DNA of 64,000 bases, taken from the NCBI RefSeq assembly GCF_001194135.2, contig NC_068981.1, forward strand, positions 90,587,087 through 90,651,086, read 5' to 3'. Within the stretch, counting starts at the first letter, position 1; each line of letters opens with the position of its first letter. Position numbers and translations under genes: made by a program. The stretch comes from Octopus bimaculoides. Lineage: Eukaryota. Below, piece by piece: positions 1 to 11,572 of the stretch. Under the pieces are notes generated by a model. It was given only the letters and a program-made list of their open reading frames with translations, did not search any database and was not told the origin of the DNA.

Positions 1-335
1 CAGGGGCAACCTGTCTTGAATTCCTCTGTGATCGCCTGGAGGACTATGATAAATAGGAGGGGGCTGAGGACGGAACCTTGGTGGACCCCTACCTCTACCC
101 GGAATTCATTACTGTACTCATTTCCAACCTTCACCTTACTGACAGCATCTCTGTACGTGGCTCACACAGCTCTCACTAACCATTCTTCTATCCCAAGTTT
201 CCTCATTGACCACCAGATAAGGGATCGGGGGACCCTGTCAAAGGCTTTCTCCATGTCAACGAAGGCCAGGTACAGAGGTTTATCCTTGGCTAGATATTTC
301 TCCTGCAGCTGTCTCACTAGAAATATGGCAGTCCT
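1..335 (-). mobile_element. RTE-clade LINE reverse transcriptase fragment (degenerate)
   Basis: Minus strand reads AIFLVRQLQEKYLAKDKPLYLAFVDMEKAFDRVPRSLIWWSMRKLG...VGVHQGSVLSPLLFIIVL, containing the non-LTR RT motifs FVDxEKAFD and QGSVLSP, with an in-frame stop. The same QLQEKYLxKDKPL text occurs in the RTE copy at about 36.7 kb. Confidence 0.9.
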
Positions 336-1567
336 TCATAATTAACTGATATATGTTTATGTATTTATACATACACACAGATCTATATAGATATAGTGAT
401 GGGAGATGCTAAAAGTTGATTAAAACAATATTTGCTATAGGACTTAATATGAAATGTTGAGCCAAATATATATATATATATANNNNNNNNNNNNNNNNNN
501 NNNNNNNNNNNNNNNNNNNNNNNNNNNNNNNNNNNNNNNNNNNNNNNNNNNNNNNNNNNNNNNNNNNNNNNNNNNNNNNNNNNNNNNNNNNNNNNNNNNN
601 NNNNNNNNNNNNNNNNNNNNNNNNNNNNNNNNNNNNNNNNNNNNNNNNNNNNNNNNNNNNNNNNNNNNNNNNNNNNNNNNNNNNNNNNNNNNNNNNNNNN
701 NNNNNNNNNNNNNNNNNNNNNNNNNNNNNNNNNNNNNNNNNNNNNNNNNNNNNNNNNNNNNNNNNNNNNNNNNNNNNNNNNNNNNNNNNNNNNNNNNNNN
801 NNNNNNNNNNNNNNNNNNNNNNNNNNNNNNNNNNNNNNNNNNNNNNNNNNNNNNNNNNNNNNNNNNNNNNNNNNNNNNNNNNNNNNNNNNNNNNNNNNNN
901 NNNNNNNNNNNNNNNNNNNNNNNNNNNNNNNNNNNNNNNNNNNNNNNNNNNNNNNNNNNNNNNNNNNNNNNNNNNNNNNNNNNNNNNNNNNNNNNNNNNN
1001 NNNNNNNNNNNNNNNNNNNNNNNNNNNNNNNNNNNNNNNNNNNNNNNNNNNNNNNNNNNNNNNNNNNNNNNNNNNNNNNNNNNNNNNNNNNNNNNNNNNN
1101 NNNNNNNNNNNNNNNNNNNNNNNNNNNNNNNNNNNNNNNNNNNNNNNNNNNNNNNNNNNNNNNNNNNNNNNNNNNNNNNNNNNNNNNNNNNNNNNNNNNN
1201 NNNNNNNNNNNNNNNNNNNNNNNNNNNNNNNNNNNNNNNNNNNNNNNNNNNNNNNNNNNNNNNNNNNNNNNNNNNNNNNNNNNNNNNNNNNNNNNNNNNN
1301 NNNNNNNNNNNNNNNNNNNNNNNNNNNNNNNNNNNNNNNNNNNNNNNNNNNNNNNNNNNNNNNNNNNNNNNNNNNNNNNNNNNNNNNNNNNNNNNNNNNN
1401 NNNNNNNNNNNNNNNNNNNNNNNNNNNNNNNNNNNNNNNNNNNNNNNNNNNNNNNNNNNNNNNATATATACTGGTTGGCAGAATTCTCATTGCAGTAAAG
1501 ACAAATGAAATCCAAGTAGGATGAAAGCAGAGATACTCTCTAAGAGTTAGATATGCTGTACATTAAG

Positions 1568-1808
1568 TATAGGTGTGGTTGTGTGGTAGGAAGTTTGCTT
1601 CCTAACCACATGGTCTCGGATTCAGTTTCACTGTGTGACACCTTGAGCAAGTGCCTTCTTCTATAACCCTAGGCTGACCAAAGTCTTGCAAGTGGGTATG
1701 GTAGATGGAAGCTGAAAGAAGCCAATCGTATAAATACATGTACAACATTGGCTGTCAAGCGATGGTGGCAGGGACAAACACAGACACACCAATATATACA
1801 TACCTATA

Positions 1809-1842
<34 letters not shown>

Positions 1843-2008
1843 CATACATGACAGGCTTCTTTCAGTTTCCGTCTACCAAATCCACTCACAAGGCTTTGGT
1901 TGGCCCAAAGCTATAGTAGAAGACACTTGCTCAAGGTGCCACACAGCGGGACTGAACATGGAACCATGTGGTTGGGAAGAAAGCTTCTTACCACACAGCC
2001 ACGCCTAC
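1568..2008. mobile_element. Two copies of a tRNA-derived CORE-type SINE in inverted orientation
   Basis: About 1568-1735 (+) and 1845-2008 (-) are both the 'gtgtggctgtgtggtaagaagcttgcttcccaaccacatgg...ttgggcaagtgtcttc...ggaaactgaaagaagcc' family, separated by a (CT)n/(TA)n microsatellite. Confidence 0.85.
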
Positions 2009-2050
2009 ACCCATCAGTATAAGTTTCCCTGAAAGATATTAAAATCTTAC

Positions 2051-2201
2051 CTGCAGTTGTTGACTTGCCAACACCACCTTTTGCAGAAGATACAACAATA
2101 ACATGTTTAATTCCATCGATTGGCTTTTTTTTAGGAAGACCTCGAGCCATTCTTTGACGACGAAGTTCATCAAATTCTGCAGCTGACATCTTGTTAGCAT
2201 T
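2051..2201 (-). CDS. NUBPL: NUBPL/Ind1 iron-sulfur cluster transfer protein, coding exon 2 (151 nt, phase 0 to phase 1)
   Basis: Translates NANKMSAAEFDELRRQRMARGLPKKKPIDGIKHVIVVSSAKGGVGKSTTA. This has the Mrp/NBP35 deviant Walker A (KGGVGKST) preceded by the NUBPL-typical RGLPKxKPIxGxKxVIVV. Acceptor ttctcatttacAG, donor GTAAGA. Confidence 0.93.
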
Positions 2202-2673
2202 CTGTAAATGAGAAAATATTAGAAATACTAATTTAACTATTCAAATAATTTGATACAAATTTGAGACGTGAGTTGAGTTCCAATTTGAAAACAGAAAGAT
2301 TTTACGAAGCATTTTCATCCAAGCTTTCATGACAGATTAACTAATTCTTAAATTAATATTCGCAGTTATATCCATATGTGTTTTGTCTCACTGTGAAATT
2401 AGGCCCAATGAAGGCTTTTTCATCAGCTAAGGATGAGAAACAAACCGAGTGATTTCCTTGCCATTTAACGATTCGTCTTGATTCAGTCATCTTTGCTTTC
2501 ACACACACACATCTTTTATCTTTTACTTGTTTCGGTCATTGAACTGTGGCCATGCTGAAGCACTGCCTTGAAGAGTTTTTGTTGAACCCTCAATACTTTT
2601 TTTGGCTTGGTACTTATTCTATCAGTCTCTGTATGCCAAACCTCTAAATTATGCACAAATCCCTACCTATCTA

Positions 2674-2733
<60 letters not shown>

Positions 2734-2734
2734 A

Positions 2735-2970
2735 TTATTTTTTTTATTGCCCACAAGGGGTTAAACATAGAGGGGACAAACAAGGACAGACAAAGGGATT
2801 AAGTCGATTACATGAACACCAGTGCGTAACTAGTACTTAATTTATCGACCCTGAAAGGATGAAAGGCAAAGTCGACCTCGGCAGAATTTGAACTCAGAAC
2901 GTAACGGTAGACGAAATACCACTAAGCATTTCACCCAGCGTGCTAACGTTTCTGCCAGCTCGTCGCCTTA
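2735..2970 (-). mobile_element. tRNA-derived SINE with central 'gcctttcatcctttcggggtcgataaa..gtaccag' domain (MetaSINE-like)
   Basis: Family repeated at about 29460-29620, 29935-30265, 31005-31232 and 55790-55975, with a B-box-like GTTCAAATTCC in the head. The family name is from recollection. Confidence 0.8.
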
Positions 2971-3211
2971 ATCTATCTATCTACCCACCTACCTACATAG
3001 CCATGTACATACATACATACATGCACATTATTGCTCTGTTATCCATAAGTCAGAAAAAAAGCACAGTCTAAAAGAAATGAGCTGTTACACTTTTACATAG
3101 CTCAGGAGTATATCCTTGGCTCAGGAACAAAACTGGCATCAAAAAGTTGCCATTAGTATCATGATTACTATTGCACTTGGTCAATGTAACTTTCTGACCA
3201 GTTATATGCCA

Positions 3212-3586
3212 TTGTTGGCACTCCGTTGCTTACGACCTCAAGGGTACCAGTTGATCCGATCAACGGAACAGCCTGCTCATGAAATTAACGTGCAAGTGGC
3301 TGAGCACTCCACAGACACGTGTACCCTTAAAGTAGTTCTCGGGGATATTCAGCGTGACAAGGCTGACCCTTTGAATTACAGGCACAACAGAAACAGGAAG
3401 TAAGAGTGAGAGAAAGTTGTGGTGAAAGAGTTCAGCAGGGTTCACCACCATCCCCTGCTGGAGCCTCGTGGAGCTTTAGGTGTTTTCGCTCAATAAACAC
3501 TCACAACGCCCGGTCTGGGAATCAAAACCGCGATCCTATGACCGTGAGTCTGCTGCCCTAACCACTGGGCCATTGCGCCTCCACAA
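3212..3586 (-). mobile_element. tRNA-derived SINE, full length with 12-bp TSD
   Basis: Head gtggaggcgcaatggcccagtggttagggcagc (A box) and GTTTCGATTCCC-type B box. Flanked by the direct repeat agttatatgcca at 3200-3211 and 3587-3598. Confidence 0.9.
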
Positions 3587-3634
3587 AGTTATATGCCATA
3601 ACTAGGAATATACTATTTGACTATATAAAAATAT

Positions 3635-4135
3635 ATATCATCATCATCATTTAACGTCCGTTTTCCATGCTGGCATGGTTAGGGTGGTTTGACAGGAGCT
3701 GACATGTTTTGGTATGGTTTCACTGGCTGGATGCCCTTCCTAACATCAACCACTTTACACAGCATATTAGGTGCATTTCCACAGCACTGGCATGGATACT
3801 TTTTACGTGACACCAGCACCTACAAGCCCACAAGACTATGGATGCTCGGTTAGAAAGGGTTGCAGGGGACGAGCCTGTATGCAAGGGCAATTATGCTTTT
3901 ACTTGGCTTAACTGTCTTTTCAAGTGCAGCAAGCCACCAGGAGTCTTGGTACTCTGTCATCCCCTCAGTGAGTTCTAACATCTGTAGACCCTTTCGCACC
4001 ATTTCATCCCACGTCATCCTAGGTCTACCCTTTCCACATGTTCTTTCTACAATTAGAAATCCGCACCTTTTGATGCAACTGTCTTCATTATATGCATTAT
4101 ATAGCCATACCAGCACAGTCCTCTCTCTTGCACAC
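3635..4135 (-). mobile_element. RTE LINE 3' fragment plus adjacent RTE-associated SINE-like repeat
   Basis: Minus ORF contains RTCGKGRPRMTWDEMVRKGLQMLELTEGMT, matching the RTE C-terminal GRGRPRKTW motif. The 'catcatcatttaacgtccg...gatgcccttcctaac' repeat recurs at about 8195, 19845, 23463, 26073 and 34385. Confidence 0.75.
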
Positions 4136-5862
4136 TAGATCTAATGCTGAAGCATTGAAATATTGGTTTTACAGCCAGATGCCCTTCTTGGTGTTATATC
4201 CTACCTGCTTTGAAACTAAAGGATAGATTATTGCACAACTTCAAAGGTGCAAAGCAAGATAGCAGAAGTGATAACAACACCATTTGAATGTTTGAGCTTT
4301 CACAGAACTCAGCACAAATGTAAGCAAAGATATAGGCACGCACACACAAACATGCATGATAAAGAGGTGGGTATTTGTATTTGTCAATTTGAAAACCAAG
4401 ACCTTTTATCCCTTAACTTTATTGAGTTTCTGATTAAATAAAAAGTGTCAACAACTATTGAAAAGGTTGCAAGACGCAATAAAAATTTTAGGAAAAATAA
4501 ATAAGTAAATGAGTGGAAACTTTACTGGTGAATGTGTTAAATGATAAGGCACTAAAAGAGAATGACTCCCCAGATACAACAAAATATGCTTCAACACACA
4601 AACTCACATAAAGAATCTTGTAAACCAAATTCAATATCGAAGTATAAAAAAAGAAGAAAAATATATTTCCATATTTGTAAACATACATGATAGAAATCAT
4701 TGTTGAAATACCAAGCTCATAGCAATTTGTTTTCCTTTTCATCTTTGTTAAAGCTCTGAGTCAACCCGATGGAGCACACTTAGTAATTAAAGGCATTCCA
4801 ATCATCACCTCCTCACTTTTGACCCTTGGCACAGTATCTAGGTTACCTTTCTTCTTTTTTTAGACGATGGAGTATGATTTCAGGGAGATTTGGGTGCTAT
4901 TTTTATGCAGTCGAACGACTGAGTATTGTAGAGGTTGAGTTTGAATTTCTCTTTTATCTCACTTTTACTTGCTTCAGTCATTACACTGTGGCCATGCTGG
5001 GGCACCACCTTGAATTTTTAGCCAAATGAATCGATCCTAGTACTTATTTTTTTTAAAGACTGGTACTTATTGCAATGGTCGCTTTTGCCGAATCGCTAAG
5101 TTACGAGGATGTAAATACACTAACACAGGTTGTCACGTTGGTGGAGGCTAAAAACAGAGACAAAGACACACACATGCACAGACAGACAGACACACATACA
5201 CACACATACCTTGAGCATCTTTCAGTTTCCGTCTACCAAATCCTCACAAAGCTTTGTTCGGACAGAGGCGAAAGTAGAAGACGCTTGCCCAAGGTGCCAT
5301 GCAGTGGAAATGAACCCGGAACTATGTGACTGAGAAGCAAGCTTCTTAACCACACAGCCAGGCCTATCACTTTTATTTTTACAGCTGTTGAACAAAATCT
5401 GTACAGACCCACTATATAGTTACGGCCCGTTGTGCTTAGAGTTCAAATCCCAGTCAAATACTTGTATTGATACTAAATTCCTTAAAAGCATTCTAAATGA
5501 ATGAGTTCATAAAAGAAAGGATTTTTCAAATACTTATCTCTGACATGTCAACTTTGCTTAGAAACCGATCTCTGTTCCTACTTCGTAAACTTGCTATAGC
5601 TTCGTATGTGATTGATCTCTTTGATCATCAATCGAATTCTAAAGCTGCAAGTTCTTTAAGAAATAATATATATACATATACATACATATCTCAGGAAAAT
5701 CTTACACACACACACATATATATATATATATCCATCGTATCAATTCTTTCGTCTGGAGATATGGATTCATAGTTGATAGTTCATGACGATAGAATGATTA
5801 ATACAAAACAGAGACCAATATACAAACAGACTCAATTAATTTAATGAATATTTCAAGCTTAC

Positions 5863-5970
5863 ATGACTGCTACAAAGTGAAAACGTTCGAAAAGCTGCAC
5901 GGACGGCTCTGAGTCGATGTTTGTTTATAATTTGACGCGAGAAAACACATGGCAGTGTGTAAGTAGCCAT
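5863..5970 (-). CDS. NUBPL: NUBPL coding exon 1 (108 nt), predicted mitochondrial targeting presequence
   Basis: ATG in ccaacATGG context. Translates MATYTLPCVFSRQIINKHRLRAVRAAFRTFSLCSSH (Arg/Ser-rich, no acidic residues). Ends in phase 0 at a GTAAGC donor and joins exon 2 in frame. Confidence 0.85.
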
Positions 5971-6260
5971 GTTGGAATTTAAAGGTCTTGTGCGTTATCT
6001 CCCTTGCTTCATAAAACTTTTTATTTTTTTAATTTTGAAGGACATTCTTATTAAAGTTAATATTCCGGCTTGCAAAACTAGATACGATCGTTAAACGTCA
6101 GAAAGACCCTGCGATGTATCTTCCGGTTCTGTTTCAAATCTCTTGGAAAATAACTGGCGAAGGTAAAGAATACGCCGAAAACGTGTGGTGCGCGTATTCT
6201 TTACCTCTGCCGAATAACTTTGCCTTTCATCCTCGTAGGGTTAATAGTATGTTGTACCAG
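5971..6260. promoter_or_regulatory. CpG-retaining putative NUBPL promoter region
   Basis: Local cluster of CpGs directly upstream of the ATG, in contrast to CpG-poor flanks. Contains a cttccgg ETS-like motif at about 6120. Confidence 0.55.
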
Positions 6261-6600
6261 TCAGGTATTGGGTTAACCTATTGCCTCCCATGAGCCCTCA
6301 CTGCCTGTTGTTCGTTGTATTTAAAGTGAATTGCTTATGTACATTGCATTTGCAGAGGTGTGTTTAACAATATTTAGTAGTTATTAGCCCTTGTGTCATA
6401 AAACGCAATTTTTGAACTACAAAAATAGTGATTGCTTGGAAAACATTTTTTCTTGGCATTTCCCATCTATACCATTCATTGATATTTCATACATATTCGC
6501 ATTTGATACTATAGTTTAAAAAAAAAAAACTAAAATGTTTATTATTGCAATTGAATTAAAAAGGATAAATAGGTTTTTTTCAGCAATCCCCATTTAGGAC

Positions 6601-7269
6601 TGTAGCGTACGACTTAAGGGAAACTTTCCTCTCTCTGTTATATATATACATAAATACTGACGTAGTAGATAACAGCTAGCCTTCGGCCGCACCTTTGGAC
6701 CCTGTTGTGTCCACCACTCTGATTGGTTGGTATTGGCGCAATTTGTCTCTTGCTATATTGCGCGCCAAGATGCAACTCAACCAATTGCAGCCTTCAGATA
6801 AGGTCACAATTTTTTCTAAATTTCCGGTGAGCCGACACCATGATATAAAATGCAAAGATGATGATGGCAACGAAGATGGAGTTTGTTGTAAGCTGCTGGA
6901 CGGAATATTGATGAGTCTCCATGTGGCTGCTATTGTCATCGTTGGAACTGGTTGTGTGCTCTGTGGTTAGTGGCTAGACCTTAGGTCTGAGCCAAATGAT
7001 GTTCTAGACAGCATAAAACTAGCATTTTATATCGTGGTGTCGGCTTACCGGAAGTTTAGAAAAGACTGTCTCACATGACCTTATCTGAAGGCTGCAATTG
7101 GTTGGGTTGCATCTTGGTGCACAATAGAGCAATAGACAACTTGTGCCACTCAGAGTGGTGGACACAACCGGGTCGAAAGTTGCGGCCGAAGGCTAGCTGC
7201 TATCTACTACGTCCATATTTATATATATATAACAGAGAGAGAAAAGTTTCCCTTAAGTTGTACTCAACA
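6601..7269. mobile_element. Non-autonomous DNA transposon with ~220-bp TIRs and TGT...ACA ends (Ginger-like)
   Basis: 6601-6826 is an imperfect inverted copy of about 7075-7269. Termini tgtagcgtac / tactcaaca; flanks ggac / gggc (3 of 4 match, possible 4-bp TSD). Confidence 0.75.
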
Positions 7270-7429
7270 GGGCCTATGGCACAAAAGAGTTTCTATGAAC
7301 TTTGTTGTATTTCATATCTGGATAAGCATTATTTACTACAGCTTTTTCCCCAAATTTCTAAAATATTTGGATTTTTGTGCTATATATTTTGTTTGCATAA
7401 TGAAATACTTCATTTTTCTGAGCTTTTCA

Positions 7430-7895
7430 TTATGAGTAAAACTAAATTCCTAAATCTAGATGAAATAAATGATTTGTTGAATGATCCCAATTTTGCTACT
7501 GAAATTTCTTATGTATCTGATGATGATACACCAATAGATGTGGTGGAACTTCCTCCTGACAATGTACGTGTTGTTTCTGAGGAAGAGATTGATGAAAATG
7601 AACTTGGTGATGATTAAGCAAATGATATACCTAGATGCTTGGAATTGCACTCAAATGGTTTAGAAGATTCAGGAACAAATTCAACACATCGAGTTGAACC
7701 AGTAGCTAAATGTAGAAAGGGCAAGACTAAATCAAAACCAACCCGGAGTACATCACAAGAAGATTTTCATATTGATAAAGGAAATGCTGATGCAATAGAT
7801 AATAAAATCAACAAAATAAAGAATAATTTCAAGGATAAATCCCTGTAGAGGCTTTTGAAACACTTTTTGATGAAAATGTGATGACCCATATTCAG
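7430..7895 (+). pseudogene. piggyBac-type (PGBD2/3-like) transposase N-terminal fragment, degenerate
   Basis: MSKTKFLNLDEINDLLND...DVVELPPDNVRVVSEEEIDENELGDD* (acidic N-terminus), then a frameshifted PVEAFETLFDENVMTHIQ resembling the SPxELFxLFF motif of piggyBac transposases. Confidence 0.7.
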
Positions 7896-8194
7896 GGCTG
7901 TCACATAACCTTTAGAGGCCCTCTGCAACTTTTTTATTTTGAGGCTCCATCTCTTCAATCAAAATTCATCATCTATGCACCTTTTATTCACAACTAGATT
8001 TTACTTTATTCTATCTGAAGTTCAATATTTTACGTTATCCTAATGAACATCTTTGAAAGTACAGGTTAAATTTATTTAGGGCTGGAACTATCGTATTAAT
8101 TCATGTTTAGGAAGGCCAACATTTAATAGGGCTGAATATTTATTCAATGGACTCACAAATATCAGAAAACAAGTATTTCAAAATAAATGTATTC

Positions 8195-8690
8195 AAAATA
8201 ACTGGCACGTAAAAGCACCCACTACACTCTCTGAGTGGTTGGCGTTAGGAAGGGCATCCAGCTGTAGAAACTCTGCCAAATGCTGTGCATGAGAAGACCC
8301 GGCAAGCCAAGTGAGACCTAAATTTAAGGCCTCAGCCGGTCCACTTATGCGTACCTTCCTTCATTGGACACTAAACTCCACTTGCGAAGACCTGTTGAGG
8401 CAAGTGAAATCGAAATCGAGTTAAATTGGACACTAAACTCCACATGCGAAGACCTTTTGAGGCAAGTGAAATCAAAATCGAGTTAAATTCGACGACTGGC
8501 ACCCATGCCAACATCGTCTCCTTCATTGGACACGAAACTCAGCTTGCGAAGACTTATTGGGGCAAGCGAAAGCGAAATCGTGATGGCACCTGTGCCCAGC
8601 GTCGCCTTTCTGGCACTTGTGCCCGTGGCATGTGTAAGGACTTTCGAGCGAGATCGTTGCCAGTGCCCCTGGAAAATGCCACTTGTATTT
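8195..8690 (+). mobile_element. RTE-associated SINE/RTE 3' tail with triplicated terminal unit
   Basis: agtggttggcgttaggaagggcatccagctgtagaaac followed by three ~60-70 bp copies of ttggacac.aaactc..cttgcgaagac.t.ttg.ggcaag.gaaa. Confidence 0.65.
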
Positions 8691-10396
8691 GAACACTATG
8701 CAAATATTCTTTTAGAAACTTTTCTTTTAATTTTTCCAAAATTTAATTGTTTTCTATACTTATAGTTGTAAAAGTCTCAATGACTGAAGCCGGTACTGAA
8801 ATGTTTTTTATAAAATTATTTTAGCATTTTCTACCTTGACTTTTTTTTCCATATATATGTATATATATACATAGATAGATACATACACACACACAAACTT
8901 CTGTGTGTGTGTGTGTGTGTATGCATGTGTGCGCACCCATGCCTTGATTTTGGTACAGAAAGAATTTTGTCTCCAGTTTTTATTGTTTTAGGAGGCCAAA
9001 GGTCATTTCTGGGTACAAAGTGGCCAGCTATACAGAGAGAGAGAGAGAGAGATTAAGAGATGTATGTCTGTTTGGTACATGTCTATCTATCTATCTATCA
9101 CCTTGTGAATGGATATGGTAGATGGAAACAGAAAAAAGCCACTTGTATATGTGTGTGTGTGTGTATGTATGTATGTATGAATGAATGCGTGTACGTATGC
9201 CAGTATGTGTATGTTTGTATGTATGTATAAGTATACATGCCCACCTTTCATCACCATTGCTTCTTTTTCTTGTCTTTTCTGTTGAACTTGTTCTTATTTT
9301 CGTTTTTTTGGGGGGGATTTCTTTCGTATTTCTTTTATCTCCCTTGGGAATTCATTGACGAGCTTTTTCATTTACTTTTTTTTGCTTCTTTTAAATTTAT
9401 TTACGGTACACGATTATGGCCTTCAGAATGGAGAACACCTGTTTAAAGGTATCAGCCTGCTTACCTTTTACATTAATGGGAAATCCATATTATATTGTTG
9501 GTACCTTAGTTGTGACTGCTTACTTTTTTTCTATTTTTGGATAAGATTTCCATCTCAACCACAAGATTTCAAGTTTAGCTCCATTGCACAGCATCTTGGG
9601 CAAATGTTTTCTATTATAGCTCAGGATCAACTAAAGTCTTGTGAGCAGATTTGATAGATAGAACCTGAAAGAAGCCCATTGTGTGTGTGTGTGTATATAT
9701 ATATATATACATACACATATACACACATACACTCACACATACATATGCATGATATACATTCACACATACGTATACATACATATGTGTGTGTCTATGTGCA
9801 TATGAGGGCATGTATGTGTGTGTGTTTCCTTGTCTTGACATCACATGCTAATTACAAACAAATGTACTGTTATACAATTGGTATTCTTCTTCTGTAATCT
9901 TCCATGGAAAACTGTCCAGCCATAGTGCAATTTGTGCTCAAAGGACTAGGAAAGATAATAACAGATTATCTTGTTTGGAAACACATGAAGACTGGAGACA
10001 GGATGAACATCCAGCTGTAGAAAAATCTGCTTTAATTTGCTTAATCCAGGCAAACATAGAAAAGTATGTTAAAGCAATGATGATGATGACAACGACAATG
10101 ATGACGACAATGATGATGATATCTGTGATCCACTAACATGCTATCCAACATTTTGTTTCACATATTCTTAATGCTATAAAAGCTACTACAATTAGGATTG
10201 ACTGATTAACTGAAAACACAGATTATTTTCTGCTTCTTGTGATGAGAATAATCCATAGGAAGTAAGCTTCATTTCACTTCATTTATGTGACTAATACTAT
10301 ATTGGAAAGTGTTCCATTTACCTCCAACCCACTGTAGATCTTAGTCTTCATTCCTGCTTAAAAAAAAAGAAATAATAACAAATTCAGAAATCTTTA

Positions 10397-10640
10397 TCTA
10401 GTATATATAAATCACAGTATGTGTGTATATAGACTAATGCATACATTTCCACAATTCTCAACCAATTTTCACCAAACTTTACACATTACTTTTGTGTCAA
10501 GGATGGTCATGCACTATAACATTTTGCTCAGAGCCCCTGCTTAAATGGACAAACTAGGAAAAATGGTGGTTTACACAGGTTTTTCTCTAATTTGTTGTAT
10601 GCACATAGCTTTATTGTATGTAGGGTCTTCCATACTTTTT
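10397..10640 (+). mobile_element. Possible non-autonomous Helitron 5' portion
   Basis: A|TCTAGTATATATAAA start followed by 'caattctcaaccaattttcaccaaactt', a pattern recalled from Helitron/HINE 5' ends. No 3' CTAG end identified. Confidence 0.3.
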
Positions 10641-10865
10641 TAATCCATATGGTTGTATATTGGCATTAGAGAATAATTTTTATTGATTTTCACATTTTTA
10701 AAATTTATTATTTAAATGTTGTAAGTGTGTATCATTACTTTCTATATTTTTTCTTATATGTGTATTGGTGTATACTGTTTGAAGGTTTTGGTTAGGGAAT
10801 ATTATAAAGGTGAAAGGATTTTGTCTATTTATTTATTTCAACTGTTTCCATACTTTTTTAATCTA

Positions 10866-11572
10866 CAGGGTGGTCCAAAAGTCTTGTTACCCACTACACG
10901 TTTATTATTGTCATTATTATAATTATTTTTGTTTGAGCACAACCCCCCACCACATGTAATGATTTGGGCTGCCATATCGAGTAAGCACCTGGACCCTATT
11001 TCTTTGAGGGTACTGTTAAACAGCAATCTTACTTGGCCATGTTAAGGGAATGGTTTATTCCACAGCTCCAGAGGTCGAATGTTGACCTGAATGATTGTTG
11101 GTTTCAACAAGATGGTGCCCCATTCCACTATGCTATCACTGTCCGGGAATACCTAAATGAAGTTTTTTGGGATAGCTGGATAGGACAAGGATCACAACAA
11201 CTTCCAGCACCTGTCGATTGGCCTCCCAGTAGTCCAGACCCCGTGTCTTGCGATAATACTCTGTGGGGTATTATCAAGGAGAGAGTTTCACATGAACGAT
11301 ACTAGAATACCCATCAATTAAAGAATGCCATTCAGAAAGCCTTTACAACAATCATCAAAGCACATCTTTGAAAAATATCACACAGGACATGGCACCACAT
11401 AATTATGTGCCACAAAAATGAAGGTGTTCATACAGACCTTCTCAATGTGTGACAGCATCAATGAAAGTGAATAAACTAAATCCAGTTCATGCTTTGGATT
11501 ACTGCATTACTTGTTCTTCTATTGTTCTCATTACTTTTTGGTAGGGGATAACAAGACTTTCAGATCACCCTG
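10866..11572 (+). mobile_element. Tc1/mariner-superfamily deletion derivative with TIRs and transposase remnant
   Basis: TA|cagggtggtccaaaagtcttgttaccc ... gggataacaagactttcagatcaccctg|TA. Internal WFQQDGAPFHYAITVREYLNEVF...WPPSSPD is a decayed catalytic region. Confidence 0.88.

Noticed and set aside
409-1524. Long ORFs consisting of X residues (also at about 15.8, 19.0, 22.9, 24.6-25.6, 34.4, 37.0 and 52.0 kb)
   Set aside because: Artifacts of N-gaps, which contain no stop codons.
1911-2189. NUBPL as a single 92-aa ORF starting at Met 2189
   Set aside because: Homology stops at a GTAAGA donor (2050). An acceptor at 2202 and an in-frame upstream exon 1 explain the structure better.
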